Positions 1-10,234 of a DNA stretch of 52,033 nucleotides are shown in pieces (the stretch's first letter is position 1; each line of letters begins with the position of its first letter). Source of the DNA: Bryobacter sp. (GTDB lineage Bacteria; Acidobacteriota; Terriglobia; Bryobacterales; Bryobacteraceae). The notes under the pieces were generated by a model. It was not told the DNA's origin and made no database searches. It worked only from the letters and a program-made list of their open reading frames with translations. The stretch lies in NCBI GenBank assembly GCA_025356215.1, contig JANXUM010000262.1, forward strand, positions 1 through 52,033, in the 5' to 3' direction. The translations under genes and the position numbers were made by a program.

Positions 1-324
1 AGGATTTTGATGCTGGAGAACGCGTATTACAGCGTGATTTCGCCGGAGAGTTGCGCGGCGATTATCTGGCGCGATTCGGCTAAGGCGGAATTGGCGGCGG
101 CGGCGCTGAAACTGACGGCGCCGGATTTGTTGGAGCGCGGGATTATCGACGAGATTGTAAGTGAGCCGGCGGGCGGGGCGCAGGAAGATCACGACGGGGC
201 GGCGGCGATGCTGGGGGCGTCGATCCGCAAGGCGTTGGGGGAATTGACATTGTTGACGCCCGGGCAGTTGGTGGACCAGCGGTACCAGAAGTTCAGAAAG
301 ATGGCGCCGTTCTATTCGGTATGA
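1..324 (+). CDS. accA: Acetyl-CoA carboxylase carboxyltransferase subunit alpha, 3' part (5'-truncated by window edge)
   Basis: MLENAYYSVISPESCAAIIWRD...LKLTAPDL...IIDEIVSEPAGGA...QRYQKFRKM matches the AccA C-terminus. Confidence 0.93.
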   Translation, partial: RILMLENAYYSVISPESCAAIIWRDSAKAELAAAALKLTAPDLLERGIIDEIVSEPAGGAQEDHDGAAAMLGASIRKALGELTLLTPGQLVDQRYQKFRKMAPFYSV

Positions 325-599
325 AGAACAAGGGGTTGATGGCGTTTATTGTCCTGGCGGCGATTGGGTTTCTCGGGGCGCTGATTTACAACTCGATGTC
401 GTACGCGAAGTACCGGGTTGAGGTCTGTATGGAGTATCAGGGGCAGAAGAATTGCCGGACGGCGCTGGGTGGAAATGAAGAGATTGCAATGCGATCGGCG
501 ATCGATAATGCCTGCGCGCAGATTTCTTCTGGGATGACGGACAGCATGGCGTGCACGGGGTCGCGGCCGGTGAGCGTCAAGTGGCTCAGCGGTAAGTAG
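321..599 (+). CDS. Small hypothetical protein with N-terminal membrane anchor and 4 Cys
   Basis: ATGA overlap with accA stop; hydrophobic LMAFIVLAAIGFLGALIY; four Cys in the remainder. Confidence 0.75.
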   Translation: MKNKGLMAFIVLAAIGFLGALIYNSMSYAKYRVEVCMEYQGQKNCRTALGGNEEIAMRSAIDNACAQISSGMTDSMACTGSRPVSVKWLSGK

Positions 600-666
600 A
601 GCATTTGCGGCTAAACTGTAAGAAGTCGACTGTTTAACCGTCTTTGAACGTAGAGACGTGTTTTTT

Positions 667-694
667 GAACTTCTGTATAGAAGTTGTCGTCTAA
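667..694 (+). promoter_or_regulatory. Putative ECF (RpoE-like) promoter with overlapping palindrome
   Basis: GAACTT(667-672)-N16-GTCTAA(689-694) upstream of the MacA-like gene; inverted repeat AACTTCT-gtat-AGAAGTT at 668-685. Confidence 0.5.
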
Positions 695-712
695 AGATCC
701 GGGAGTCCAGCG

Positions 713-2137
713 TTGAAAACTAAGTGGAAAGTTGCCATCGGAGTTGGCGTGTTGACAATTGGCGGCGTGGCCGCGTTTGCCAACTATAAGATGAAGCAGG
801 GGGCGGTGATCCCTGTGACGAGCGCCGTTGTTGCGCGGCAGGATCTGGTGTCGGTAGTGACGGCGTCGGGAGAGATCAAGCCGAGAAACTACATTAACAT
901 CGGGTCGAATGCGCAAGGTGCGTCGCGCATTATGGAGATCCTGGTGGTTGAGGGGCAGCGCGTGCGCAAGGGGCAGTTGCTGGCGAAGCTGGAATCGGTG
1001 CAACCGGAAGCGCAGTTGGCGGCACAGCGAGCGAACGTGGCGACGAGCGAGGCCGAGTCTGCCGCGACGGAAGCGGGATTGATGGCGGCGGACGAGAACA
1101 TCAAATCGTCGCAGGCGTCGATTGATCGATCGAAGGCGGACGCGGAACGGGCGAAGTTGGAATTTGACCGGGCCAAGCAGTTGTTTGAAGCGCAGTTGAT
1201 TGCGCGGCAGGAATATGAATTGAAGAAGAGCACCTACGACTCGAGCATGGCGGCGGTGCGCGAGGCCGAGGCGCGGGTGAGCCAGTTGCGGGCGGCCAAG
1301 GTGCAGCAGGCGGCGACAATGTCGGCGGCGCAGCGCCGGGTGACGGCGTCGCAGGCGAACCTGCGGAGCGCGGCGGACGTGTTGCAGCGGACGATGGCGG
1401 TGAGCCCGATTGACGGAGTGGTGACGAATCTGCCGGTTCGCGTGGGAGAGACGGTGGTGCCGGGTATTCAGAATTCGGCGGCCAGCTTGATCATGACGAT
1501 TGCGGATATGTCGATCATCACGGCCGAGGTGAAAGTGGACGAGACGGACATCGTGAACGTGGCGCTGAATCAGCGGACGGAAGTGACGATCGACGCGATC
1601 CCGGGCAAGAAGTTTTATGGCAAGGTGATCGAGATCGGGAATACGGCGATCTTGCGGTCGACTGGGTTGGCGGCTTCGCAGAGTGCGATTTCGTCGCAGG
1701 AAGCCAAGGACTTTAAGGTTGTGGTGGCGCTTGAAAATCCGCCGGACGAGATCCGACCGGGCTTGTCCTGCACCTCGCGGGTGACGACGGCGACGCGGCC
1801 GAAGACGTTGTCGATTCCGATCCAGGCGCTGACGGTGCGGCAGAAGGGCGACCTTGACCCGGCCAAGGCGGGCGAGAAGAAAGATGCGGCGCCGATGAAT
1901 CCGGCGGAGGCCAAGGCGGCAAAGGAAGAGATTCAGGGCGTGTTTATCGTGAAAAACGGCCAAGCTAGTTTCAAGAAGGTGGAGACCGGGATCACCGGGG
2001 CCACCGATATCGAAGTGACCAGCGGATTGCAGGAGGGCGAGGAGATCGTCACCGGGTCGTATAAGGTGATTCGCACGCTTCGGAACGACGCGAAGGTTAA
2101 AGTAGACAATAAGACCACTCTAAAGGCGGATTCCTAA
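713..2137 (+). CDS. Efflux periplasmic adaptor (HlyD/MacA-like membrane fusion protein)
   Basis: N-terminal TM, VTASGEIKP, lipoyl-like EGQRVRKGQLLAKL, long coiled coil, SPIDGVV, VDETDI, VETGITGATDIEVTSGL; TTG start. Confidence 0.9.
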   Translation: MKTKWKVAIGVGVLTIGGVAAFANYKMKQGAVIPVTSAVVARQDLVSVVTASGEIKPRNYINIGSNAQGASRIMEILVVEGQRVRKGQLLAKLESVQPEAQLAAQRANVATSEAESAATEAGLMAADENIKSSQASIDRSKADAERAKLEFDRAKQLFEAQLIARQEYELKKSTYDSSMAAVREAEARVSQLRAAKVQQAATMSAAQRRVTASQANLRSAADVLQRTMAVSPIDGVVTNLPVRVGETVVPGIQNSAASLIMTIADMSIITAEVKVDETDIVNVALNQRTEVTIDAIPGKKFYGKVIEIGNTAILRSTGLAASQSAISSQEAKDFKVVVALENPPDEIRPGLSCTSRVTTATRPKTLSIPIQALTVRQKGDLDPAKAGEKKDAAPMNPAEAKAAKEEIQGVFIVKNGQASFKKVETGITGATDIEVTSGLQEGEEIVTGSYKVIRTLRNDAKVKVDNKTTLKADS

Positions 2138-2140
2138 ACC

Positions 2141-2881
2141 ATGTCTACAGCCGTTGCCGTGGACCCGAAAGTACGCGGCGAACAACTGAAGCGGGACGGG
2201 ATCGTCATCCGCACGTACGACCTGAAGAAGACCTATGTGATGGGCGATCAGGTGATCAACGCCGTCAACGGGACGGACATTGAGATTAAGCGCGGCGAAT
2301 ATGTGGCGATCATGGGACCGTCAGGGTCGGGCAAGTCGACGTTGATGAATTTGATCGGATGTTTGGACACGCCGACGGATGGCGAATATTACATCAACGG
2401 CAGCCTGGTGAGTTCGATGTCGGACGACGACCTGGCGCGGATCCGGAACAAAGAGATCGGGTTTGTGTTCCAGAGCTTCAACTTGTTGCCGCGCGCCACG
2501 GCGTTGCACAATGTAGAACTGCCGCTGATTTATGCGGGGTTTACGCAGGCGCAGCGGCTGGAGCGGGCCAAGGTATGCCTGGAGCAGGTGGATTTGGCCA
2601 AGCGCATGTATCACAAGCCGAATGAGTTGTCGGGTGGACAACGCCAGCGCGTGGCGATTGCGCGGGCGCTAGTGAATAATCCTTCGATTCTGCTGGCGGA
2701 CGAGCCGACGGGAAACCTGGATTCGACCACGAGCGTGGAAATTATGGCGCTTTTTGAGCGGCTGTACGCGCAGGGGAACACGATAATTCTCGTCACGCAC
2801 GAGTTGGATGTGGCGATGCATGCGCACCGAATCATCCACGTGCGGGACGGTAAAGTGGAGCGGGACGAGAAGACTCGGTAG
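2141..2881 (+). CDS. ABC transporter ATP-binding protein (MacB/LolD-like)
   Basis: Walker [10 protein letters not shown], signature [15 protein letters not shown], Walker [14 protein letters not shown]-loop VTHE. Confidence 0.95.
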   Translation: MSTAVAVDPKVRGEQLKRDGIVIRTYDLKKTYVMGDQVINAVNGTDIEIKRGEYVAIMGPSGSGKSTLMNLIGCLDTPTDGEYYINGSLVSSMSDDDLARIRNKEIGFVFQSFNLLPRATALHNVELPLIYAGFTQAQRLERAKVCLEQVDLAKRMYHKPNELSGGQRQRVAIARALVNNPSILLADEPTGNLDSTTSVEIMALFERLYAQGNTIILVTHELDVAMHAHRIIHVRDGKVERDEKTR

Positions 2882-2898
2882 AGAGGACCGCAGGGCGG

Positions 2899-3963
2899 TC
2901 AGATCCGGTCGATACGGGCGCGAATCATCCGGGAGAGTTCGTGGTGGGATCGAGCTTCCACGTCTCGACCCAACCTCTCAAGGACGATAGCGTAGGCTTC
3001 TTGAATCGTCGCGTTGAACGGAGCCCTCAGGGCAGCCGGTTCGATGAAAGGGAGTGCCTCGGCCGCCCGGTTGTCTTCGATCAAACGCCAGGTGACGCGA
3101 CAAGCATCAGCCAGCCTCGCGATTTCGGCCTCGTTCTCTTCGAGATCGACATGAACCTCTCGTACCGCCAGGATGCTGCATCGGCTGTGACGAAGCGCTC
3201 GCGTGGTGACTGGGTCGAGTAATTTCGGTGCCAGGGGATTGAAGCCCCGACTGCCGATCACTAGCATCCCCGCGTCGTCCGCGGCGTCAATGATTCGTTC
3301 GGCCGGGTTTCCTGTCACTACCTCGACCGAGACGTCGAGCCCGTCTAGCGGGTGCTGGGCAAGCATCGCCTGCAAATCGCGGCGTGCCTGCTCGACCGAT
3401 AGTTCTTGGCCAACTGTGTTGTCCGAGAGTACCGTCATGACACGGAGATGCACCTTGAAGATCTGAGCCATACGGATGGCGGAGGCGAGCCCAAGCTTGG
3501 ATGGGGAGCTGAGGTTGATGGGGCAGAGCACGGGCCGCCTGACGGCCGACTCCCCCCGCACGACCCAGACGGGGACAACCGCGCGGTGGACGATGGCCTC
3601 GACCGCTGAGCCCACGAGCCATCGCCGGATGGTGGCCGGTCGACCGCCGCCCGTCATGATGAGCTGAGCGCTGAGGCGAAGGGCGGTGTCGATCGCGAGG
3701 TCGGCGGGAGCACCAACTTCCACGTCCTCTCGAACGTTTAGGCCCGCGTTCCATAGCGGTTGTAGCCGGAGACCGAGGGTCTGCTTTGCCTTTGCGATCC
3801 TGTTGGCAGTGCTCGGTTCGCTTTCCATTCGACGCTTGCCGATTGCGTGCACGACGACGAAAGGGCACTCGAGCCGTTGTCCGAGGTTTAGAACTGTAGT
3901 CAACAGCTCATCGGTTTGGTGGTCGAGCGGCAATGCCAGGACGACCGATTTTAGGTTGGTCAT
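2899..3963 (-). CDS. Universal stress protein (two Usp domains plus C-terminal TPR-like helices)
   Basis: LIMTGG...RRWLVGSAVEAIVHRAVVPVWVVR and GNPAERII...LVIGSRG...ALRHSRCSILAVR; overlaps RND stop. Confidence 0.85.
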   Translation of the reverse strand: MTNLKSVVLALPLDHQTDELLTTVLNLGQRLECPFVVVHAIGKRRMESEPSTANRIAKAKQTLGLRLQPLWNAGLNVREDVEVGAPADLAIDTALRLSAQLIMTGGGRPATIRRWLVGSAVEAIVHRAVVPVWVVRGESAVRRPVLCPINLSSPSKLGLASAIRMAQIFKVHLRVMTVLSDNTVGQELSVEQARRDLQAMLAQHPLDGLDVSVEVVTGNPAERIIDAADDAGMLVIGSRGFNPLAPKLLDPVTTRALRHSRCSILAVREVHVDLEENEAEIARLADACRVTWRLIEDNRAAEALPFIEPAALRAPFNATIQEAYAIVLERLGRDVEARSHHELSRMIRARIDRI

Positions 3964-6900
3964 GATTCAACTCCGTGTTCTGTGATCGTTGGGTGTCCGC
4001 CTTCAGCTTCACTGAAAGGTACGTGCGACTCGTCGCGCAGGAGTTCGCGTCCATCCGAAATGCTGGCGAACAGGTAGTAGAGGCCCGGGATTACGAGCAC
4101 ACCGAGCACCGTGCCAAGCAGCATGCCGCCAACGCCCGTGACCCCGATGGTCCGATTGGCAATGGCGCCAGCCCCACGGGCGATGACAAGGGGAAGGAGG
4201 CCTGCAATGAAGGCAAAGGAGGTCATCTGGACGGCCCGGAAGCGGAGTTTTCCTCCCTCGATGGCGGCGTCTTTGATCGAGATTCCGTCGTTCCGGCGTT
4301 GCACGGCAAACTCCACGATAAGAATCGCGTTCTTACCCAAGAGCCCGACCAACATGATCATCCCGAGCTGAGCCCAAACGTCGTTCGCCAATCCCATAGC
4401 GGAGAGGAACCAGAAAGAGCCGAAGATGCCTACCGGCAGCGACAGGACAACAGCCAGAGGAAGCAGGAAGCTCTCGTACTGCGCCACCAGCACGAGGTAT
4501 ACGAACACCACGACAATCAGGAAGATGTAGAGTGCCGCGTTGCCCTTCTGCGACTCGTCCCACGATAGGCCTTCCCAGCCGAGCCCATATCCGCGGGGCA
4601 AGGTTGATTCGGCAACCTGCTGCACCGCCTTGATGGCTTGACCGGTCGAGTAGCCTGCAGCCGGCACAAGCTGAATGGCGGCCGAGGGATACAAGTTGTA
4701 TCGGGTGATCTCGTTGAGCCCCTGCGATTTCTTCAGCTCCATGAACGCCGAGTATGGGACCATCTCCCCCTTTTCGTTGCGGACGAAGAGGTCGTCGAGG
4801 TCCTTGGGTATGCGCCGGAACTGCGGCCAGGACTGAACGTAGACCTTGTAGAACTGGTTAAAACGGACAAAGCCCTGCTCGTAAGTACTGCCGATGAGGA
4901 TGTTGAGGTTGTTCAACGCATCCTGAATCGACACGCCTTTCTGCATGGCCACATCGTTGTTGATGACCACCTCGTACTGTGGATAGTCGGACGCATAGAA
5001 GGTGAACACACTGCCGACTTCTTTACGCTTCTCAAGCGCGGCGATGAATCGCTCGTTGATCTCTCCCAGAAGCTTGTAGTCGGCCGTACTCGATTGTGTT
5101 CGATCGAGAACGCGGAGGGCGATGCCGCCTGCCGCGCCGAAGCCGGGAATCGCGGGCGGCTCGAAAAACTCGAGTTTGACGCTCGTCATTTTAGCGGCCT
5201 TTTCCTTGAGATGTTCGATGATCTCGGAGGATGTCTGCGGTCGTTTGGACCAGTCGTCGAGGTTGATAATTGCCGTGCCAGCGTTCGAGCCGCGGCCTTC
5301 GGTCAGCACTTCGTACCCCGCAATCGATGTCACGCTGCGCACGCCCTTGATTTCCTTGGCAATCCGCTCCAGCTCTTGGGCCTTGGCGTTGGTGTATTCC
5401 AGAGTCGACCCGGGTGGGGTCTGAAGAACGGCGTAGATCATACCCTGGTCCTCACCGGGGATGAAGCCTGTCGGCAGGATGTTGCTTGTTGCGACGATGC
5501 CGTACGCAAAGGCCCCGATAATCACCATGGTGACCAAGCGGAGCGTGACAATCGGACGCAGGAGGCGCCACGCGTAAACGTTGGTGATTTTGTCGATGAC
5601 GCGGCTGAAAGGCTTTTGGATGAAAGGCACGAGGAGGATTAACAACCCGAAGCGTCCCCAGAGTTCATAGGCGAGATAGGCGATTCCGGCCAGTAGCGGG
5701 GCCCCCACGAGGGCGTAGCCAAGCAGCGTCTTAGCACTTAGCCCGCGAATTTGCTCCCGAAGCCCTTTGCGCGCCTCCGCGTCATCGGGTTGGTGCGAAT
5801 GTGGTTTCAGCACCATGGCACAGAGCACTGGGGTAAGCGTCAATGCAACGACGCCGGATAGGACGATCGTCGAAGCCATCGTCACGCCAAACTGGCGGTA
5901 GAACACGCCTACAGGCCCCGGCAGGAAAGTCACAGGAACAAACACGGCGCTCATGACCAGCGTAATTGCGACGATGGCGCCACTGATTTCCTTGAGTACT
6001 TCGATGGTGGCCCGATGCGGCGACAGGTGCGTTTCGGCCATTTTGGCGTGCACGGCCTCGACCACTACAATGGCATTGTCGACAACGATCCCGATGGCCA
6101 AGACCATGGAGAAGAGCGTGATCAGATTGATAGAGAAGCCCATCAGTTGCAGCACAAAGAAGCTGCCGACCAGCGATATCGGCACCGCGAGCGCCGGGAT
6201 GATTGTGGAGCGCAGGTCCCCCAGGAACAAGAAGACCACCAGCGACACGAGAATGAACGCTTCCACAAGTGTGTGGAGCACCTGCTCCGTTGAGGCTTCA
6301 ACGAAGCGGGATACGTCATAGGCAATCTCGTAGTCCATCCCGGGGGGAAACGACGTCTTCATTTCTTTGAGCGTCTTTTTCACTTCGGCGATCACTTCGG
6401 CGGCGTTGGAGCCTGGTGCCTGTTTCAAAACCACGGACGCGGCGGGACGACCGTTGACGTCGGAATAGATGTCGAAGAACTCCGAGCCAAGCTCGATCCC
6501 CGCGTGATGGTTCTGGCTCCCTTCCGCGCCCTTACCGCCGTTGGCGCCTGGGGGCACGCAGACGTCTTTGAGTCTGAGAATCTCGCCATCCGGCTTGGCC
6601 TTCAAGATGATATCGGCGTACTGATCCGGCTCATTGAAACGGCCGACATAAGTGAGCACGTACTCTTTGGACTGCGAGGTCATGCCCGTCGCCTGACCGA
6701 GCCGGCCCGGCGATCCGATGATGCTCTGCTGGGCCAGTGCGTGCATCACGTCTTCGACCGAAACATCATACGCACGCATGCGCTCTGGATTCAGCCAAAT
6801 GCGCATCGCAAAGGTGCGATTGCCCAGGTTGACGGGGATACCCATGCCCTTGATCCGCTTGAGCACGGGCATGATGTAGACGTTGGCGTAGTTGAAGAGG

Positions 6901-7358
6901 TCTTTCTGATCGGTGTGAGGGTCCGTGCTGTACAGATTGAGATACATCAACATGCTGGGCACGACCTGGCTGACGAGAATGCCTTCGCGTACCACCAGCT
7001 CGGGTAGCCGGCTGGTCATGATGTTGACCCGATTCTGAACGTTCACCACGTTGGTGTTGGGATCGGTGCCCGGCTCGAAGAAGATCCGAATCGTCGCCTC
7101 TCCGGCACTCGTCGCGTCGGAGACGATGTAGCGCATCCCTTGGACGCCGTTGATCGATTGCTCGAGAGGGATGAGAACTGAATCGGTCAGAACCTTGGCA
7201 CTGGCCCCGGGATACGCGATCGAAACGTAGACGGTTGGGGGTGCGATGTCGGGAAACTGTGCGATCGGAAGGCTGGCGATTCCGAGTACCCCCAGAAGCA
7301 GAATGAGGATCGACAGGACGATTGCCAGGGCGGGCCGGTGGAGAATTTGTGTAAACAT
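3960..7358 (-). CDS. RND efflux permease (HAE1/AcrB-like)
   Basis: SLPIAQFPDIAPP, YPGASA, AIGIVVDNAIVVVE, GLLGKNAILIVEFA, LRFRAVQMTSFAFIAG; 1132 aa. Confidence 0.95.
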   Translation of the reverse strand: MFTQILHRPALAIVLSILILLLGVLGIASLPIAQFPDIAPPTVYVSIAYPGASAKVLTDSVLIPLEQSINGVQGMRYIVSDATSAGEATIRIFFEPGTDPNTNVVNVQNRVNIMTSRLPELVVREGILVSQVVPSMLMYLNLYSTDPHTDQKDLFNYANVYIMPVLKRIKGMGIPVNLGNRTFAMRIWLNPERMRAYDVSVEDVMHALAQQSIIGSPGRLGQATGMTSQSKEYVLTYVGRFNEPDQYADIILKAKPDGEILRLKDVCVPPGANGGKGAEGSQNHHAGIELGSEFFDIYSDVNGRPAASVVLKQAPGSNAAEVIAEVKKTLKEMKTSFPPGMDYEIAYDVSRFVEASTEQVLHTLVEAFILVSLVVFLFLGDLRSTIIPALAVPISLVGSFFVLQLMGFSINLITLFSMVLAIGIVVDNAIVVVEAVHAKMAETHLSPHRATIEVLKEISGAIVAITLVMSAVFVPVTFLPGPVGVFYRQFGVTMASTIVLSGVVALTLTPVLCAMVLKPHSHQPDDAEARKGLREQIRGLSAKTLLGYALVGAPLLAGIAYLAYELWGRFGLLILLVPFIQKPFSRVIDKITNVYAWRLLRPIVTLRLVTMVIIGAFAYGIVATSNILPTGFIPGEDQGMIYAVLQTPPGSTLEYTNAKAQELERIAKEIKGVRSVTSIAGYEVLTEGRGSNAGTAIINLDDWSKRPQTSSEIIEHLKEKAAKMTSVKLEFFEPPAIPGFGAAGGIALRVLDRTQSSTADYKLLGEINERFIAALEKRKEVGSVFTFYASDYPQYEVVINNDVAMQKGVSIQDALNNLNILIGSTYEQGFVRFNQFYKVYVQSWPQFRRIPKDLDDLFVRNEKGEMVPYSAFMELKKSQGLNEITRYNLYPSAAIQLVPAAGYSTGQAIKAVQQVAESTLPRGYGLGWEGLSWDESQKGNAALYIFLIVVVFVYLVLVAQYESFLLPLAVVLSLPVGIFGSFWFLSAMGLANDVWAQLGMIMLVGLLGKNAILIVEFAVQRRNDGISIKDAAIEGGKLRFRAVQMTSFAFIAGLLPLVIARGAGAIANRTIGVTGVGGMLLGTVLGVLVIPGLYYLFASISDGRELLRDESHVPFSEAEGGHPTITEHGVES

Positions 7359-7376
7359 GATGCTTCTTGGCCGCCC

Positions 7377-8519
7377 CTATTCGGCCTTGTACTTCAGGTG
7401 GTTGACCGCTTCCTTGGGCGGACGAATCTCTGTGTGCTCCAGTTGCTTGCCATCACGAACTTGGCGAACGCCCTCAAGCACGAACTTTTCGCCGGCCTTG
7501 AGGCCATTTTTGATTACGAAAATGTCTTCCAGTTCACGGGCGACGGTGATCTCGCGTTGGTGCGCGATCGCCTTGTCGTCGGCGACGAAGACGTAGCGGC
7601 GGTCGAGGATCTCGAAGGTGGCCGACTGCGGGATGACCAAAGCTCCCGAGAGCTTCTGATTGATCAGTAGCGTACCGGTCTGACCGTGGCGCAAAAGGCC
7701 CGCAGGGTTGGGAAAGTCGGCTCGAAACTCGATGTTTCCTGTTTCCCTGTTGAACTCCGATTCGATGGTTAGCATCGTGGCGGCGTTCTTATCGAAGATC
7801 TGCCCGTTCGCAAGTCGAAGCTGGATTGTTGCACCGGGAAGCTCGAGGTTCCGGGGCGATCCCGTATTGCTTGCGCCCCGTATGGATTTGAACCGCAGGT
7901 AGTCGGCTTCTGGGACATTGAAGTAGGTCCAAATGACAGCGTTGTCAGAGAGCGTCGTGAGGGTGTCGCCCGCCTGGATCAGGCTTCCCTGCTGCATGAG
8001 CTGGCGACCCACGATGCCGTCGAACGGAGTGAGGATGCGGGTAAAGCCAGCTTCGGCCGTGGCGCGGTCAAAGTTTGCTTTGGCTTTGTCCCGCTCGGCG
8101 TTGGCACGGGCCAGTTCCGGGGCTGAGACGAAGCCGCGCCCGGCGAGCTGTTCGGTGTTTTGTAGATTGATCTCAGCGAGGCGCAACTCGGCTTTTTCGG
8201 CCTCGAGCTTCGTGCGATAAAGGACAGGATAGAGGTCATAGAGACGCTCGCCGGCGCGCACCGCCTGGCCCTCTTGAACGGGGATTTCTTCGAGGAATCC
8301 CTCATTCAAGGCGCGGATCTCGATGTGGCGCCGGGATTGCATTCGGCAAACGTAGGCCTGAGTTGTGGGCACGTCCATGATGCTGGGTGTGGTCAGTACA
8401 ACAGTCTGCGGCGCTTCTTCCTGGTGGCCAGTGTTTGCCTGATTCTTTGAACAAGCGCCAGCGAGGAGGCCCAGGCAGGTCAGGATGAGCGTGGCTCGTA
8501 GATTTTTTCGCAGCTTCAT
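7377..8519 (-). CDS. RND efflux periplasmic adaptor lipoprotein
   Basis: Lipobox LAGAC, EGQAVRAGERLY, TPFDGIVG, ETGNIEFRADFPNPAGLLRHGQTG. Confidence 0.92.
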   Translation of the reverse strand: MKLRKNLRATLILTCLGLLAGACSKNQANTGHQEEAPQTVVLTTPSIMDVPTTQAYVCRMQSRRHIEIRALNEGFLEEIPVQEGQAVRAGERLYDLYPVLYRTKLEAEKAELRLAEINLQNTEQLAGRGFVSAPELARANAERDKAKANFDRATAEAGFTRILTPFDGIVGRQLMQQGSLIQAGDTLTTLSDNAVIWTYFNVPEADYLRFKSIRGASNTGSPRNLELPGATIQLRLANGQIFDKNAATMLTIESEFNRETGNIEFRADFPNPAGLLRHGQTGTLLINQKLSGALVIPQSATFEILDRRYVFVADDKAIAHQREITVARELEDIFVIKNGLKAGEKFVLEGVRQVRDGKQLEHTEIRPPKEAVNHLKYKAE

Positions 8520-10054
8520 TTCTTCTCCCCTTGCGTGAATTTATGATTGGCGTCGGCTCCATCCGGAGGCTCCAGGCCGGTGCCGCGCCAGCCGCCCCCA
8601 AGACCCTGATAGAGAGTCACGGTCGCAACCATCTGCCGTTGCTTCATTTCAACGAGCTCCTGTTGTGCCTCTAGCAATTCACGCCGAGCTGTAAGTACTT
8701 CGAGGTAGTCGGCCCGGTTCAAATTGAAGAGCTCAGTCGAGATATCGACGGCTTGGGAGAGGCGGTCGACCTGCTGTTGCTTCAGCCGATAGCCCTCGCT
8801 GAGATTTCGTGTGAGGCTCACGCGGTTGCTTACCTCGACGAAAGCGTTCAGCACGGCTCGCTCGTAGTGGAGAACCGCCTGCATCTCACGGGAGTTTGCC
8901 GAGATATAGTCCGCCGAGATTCCCTTCCGATTGAGCAGGGGCGTAAACGCTTTGCCGAGGATTTCGAAGAGCAGCGAGTCGGGGGTATTGACCAGCTTGG
9001 TTGCGTCGAATGACTGGTAGCCAATCACCGATTCGATCCCAAGAGACGGATAAAAGGCCTTTCTGGCCGCGTCGACGTCGAGCCCGGCGGCCTTAAGCTC
9101 GAGCTCCGCCTGGCGCACATCGGGACGATTAGCCAGAAGCTCAGCCGGGACGCCCACCGCCAATGCGGCGGGCTGATTGTCGAGAAAGTTGGTGTTCGCC
9201 CTGTCGATCGGCTGCGGGAAGCGACCGGCCAGGAAGTTGAGCTGGTTCTGGGTTTCGACGATCCGTTGCTGGATTGTGTACAGTGAGCTCTGCATGGCCC
9301 GCAGGTTGGCCTCGAAGCGTGCCGGGGCCGCCGAGGTGGCGCGACCGGCTTGAAACTGGGCCTGCGCGAGGTCGAGTGCCCGCTCCTGGAGTGCGATGTT
9401 ATCGGTTACGACCTTGAGTTGCCGGTCGAGCGCCAGTAACTCGTAGTAGCTGCTGGCGATCTCCGCAACGAGGCGAGTGACCATGAAGTTTCGACCTTCG
9501 ATGCTCGCCAGGTATCGACGGGACGCGGCGTTGGCCAGGTTTCGGAGACGGCCCCACACGTCGATTTCCCATGACGAGTAGAGCCCGAACTCGTATTTCT
9601 GGAGGTTCGCCGCGATGCCGGACCTCTCGTCGCTTTTGCCTTGGCTGGTGAACGCTCCGACGCGCTCGACCCCGGTTCCCGCGCCGAAGCCTACCTTGGG
9701 CAGGTACTCACCACGCCGAGCCATGATCTCGGCATTGGCAACTACGGTCTCCTGGATTGCAATGTTGAGCTCCTGGTTGTGTTGGAGCGCTGCATCGACG
9801 AGCGCGACCAAGTGGGCGTCCTTAAAGAAGTCGCGCCAAGGGATGAGACCGGCGCTTCGCGTATCGCTCAGCCCGGCAAAGGAGTCAGGCACGACAAGGT
9901 TTGGGACGTGGACCACTCTCTTGGGGGGCTTGGCAATGCAACCGGTCGCCATCGCGACAAGTAGCGCGAGGATAGTTACGGCGAGCGCGCGGCCCATCCG
10001 CCCGGCCAGGGTACGGGACTTTGATTCCCAAATCTTGTTCATTTTGGCTTGCAT
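8516..10054 (-). CDS. Outer-membrane efflux lipoprotein (OprM/NodT/TolC family)
   Basis: Lipobox MATGC, SWEIDVWGRLR, GVPAELLANRPDVRQAE, terminal LYQGLGGGW. Confidence 0.93.
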   Translation of the reverse strand: MQAKMNKIWESKSRTLAGRMGRALAVTILALLVAMATGCIAKPPKRVVHVPNLVVPDSFAGLSDTRSAGLIPWRDFFKDAHLVALVDAALQHNQELNIAIQETVVANAEIMARRGEYLPKVGFGAGTGVERVGAFTSQGKSDERSGIAANLQKYEFGLYSSWEIDVWGRLRNLANAASRRYLASIEGRNFMVTRLVAEIASSYYELLALDRQLKVVTDNIALQERALDLAQAQFQAGRATSAAPARFEANLRAMQSSLYTIQQRIVETQNQLNFLAGRFPQPIDRANTNFLDNQPAALAVGVPAELLANRPDVRQAELELKAAGLDVDAARKAFYPSLGIESVIGYQSFDATKLVNTPDSLLFEILGKAFTPLLNRKGISADYISANSREMQAVLHYERAVLNAFVEVSNRVSLTRNLSEGYRLKQQQVDRLSQAVDISTELFNLNRADYLEVLTARRELLEAQQELVEMKQRQMVATVTLYQGLGGGWRGTGLEPPDGADANHKFTQGEKK

Positions 10055-10188
10055 CTGCTTGAAACCTTTCGTTCATGCAGTCCTGATCAGACAACGAGCC
10101 ACTGCGGCACCATGGGCACGTGGTTTGGCAGTCAGGACATCACGCAAATCGAAGAGAACATCCAGCGTGGGATGCGCAATGAGGAATT

Positions 10189-10220
10189 AGCTCGCTGCCG
10201 TCAGTTCGGCAGTGAGAGCT
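10189..10220 (-). promoter_or_regulatory. Stem-loop in the leader of the OMF-MFP-RND operon
   Basis: mRNA AGCUCUCA-CUGCCG-aacuga-CGGCAG-CGAGCU just after the upstream ORF stop; no U-tract. Confidence 0.45.
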
Positions 10221-10234
10221 GGGGGTCGGGTGAA

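Noticed and set aside
611-1963. 450-aa antisense ORF and similar long shadow ORFs (e.g. 4638-5642, 14511-15533, 24755-25825, 35411-36463, 48866-49927)
   Set aside because: They lie opposite well-supported genes, have no family motifs, and are expected from GC-rich codon usage.
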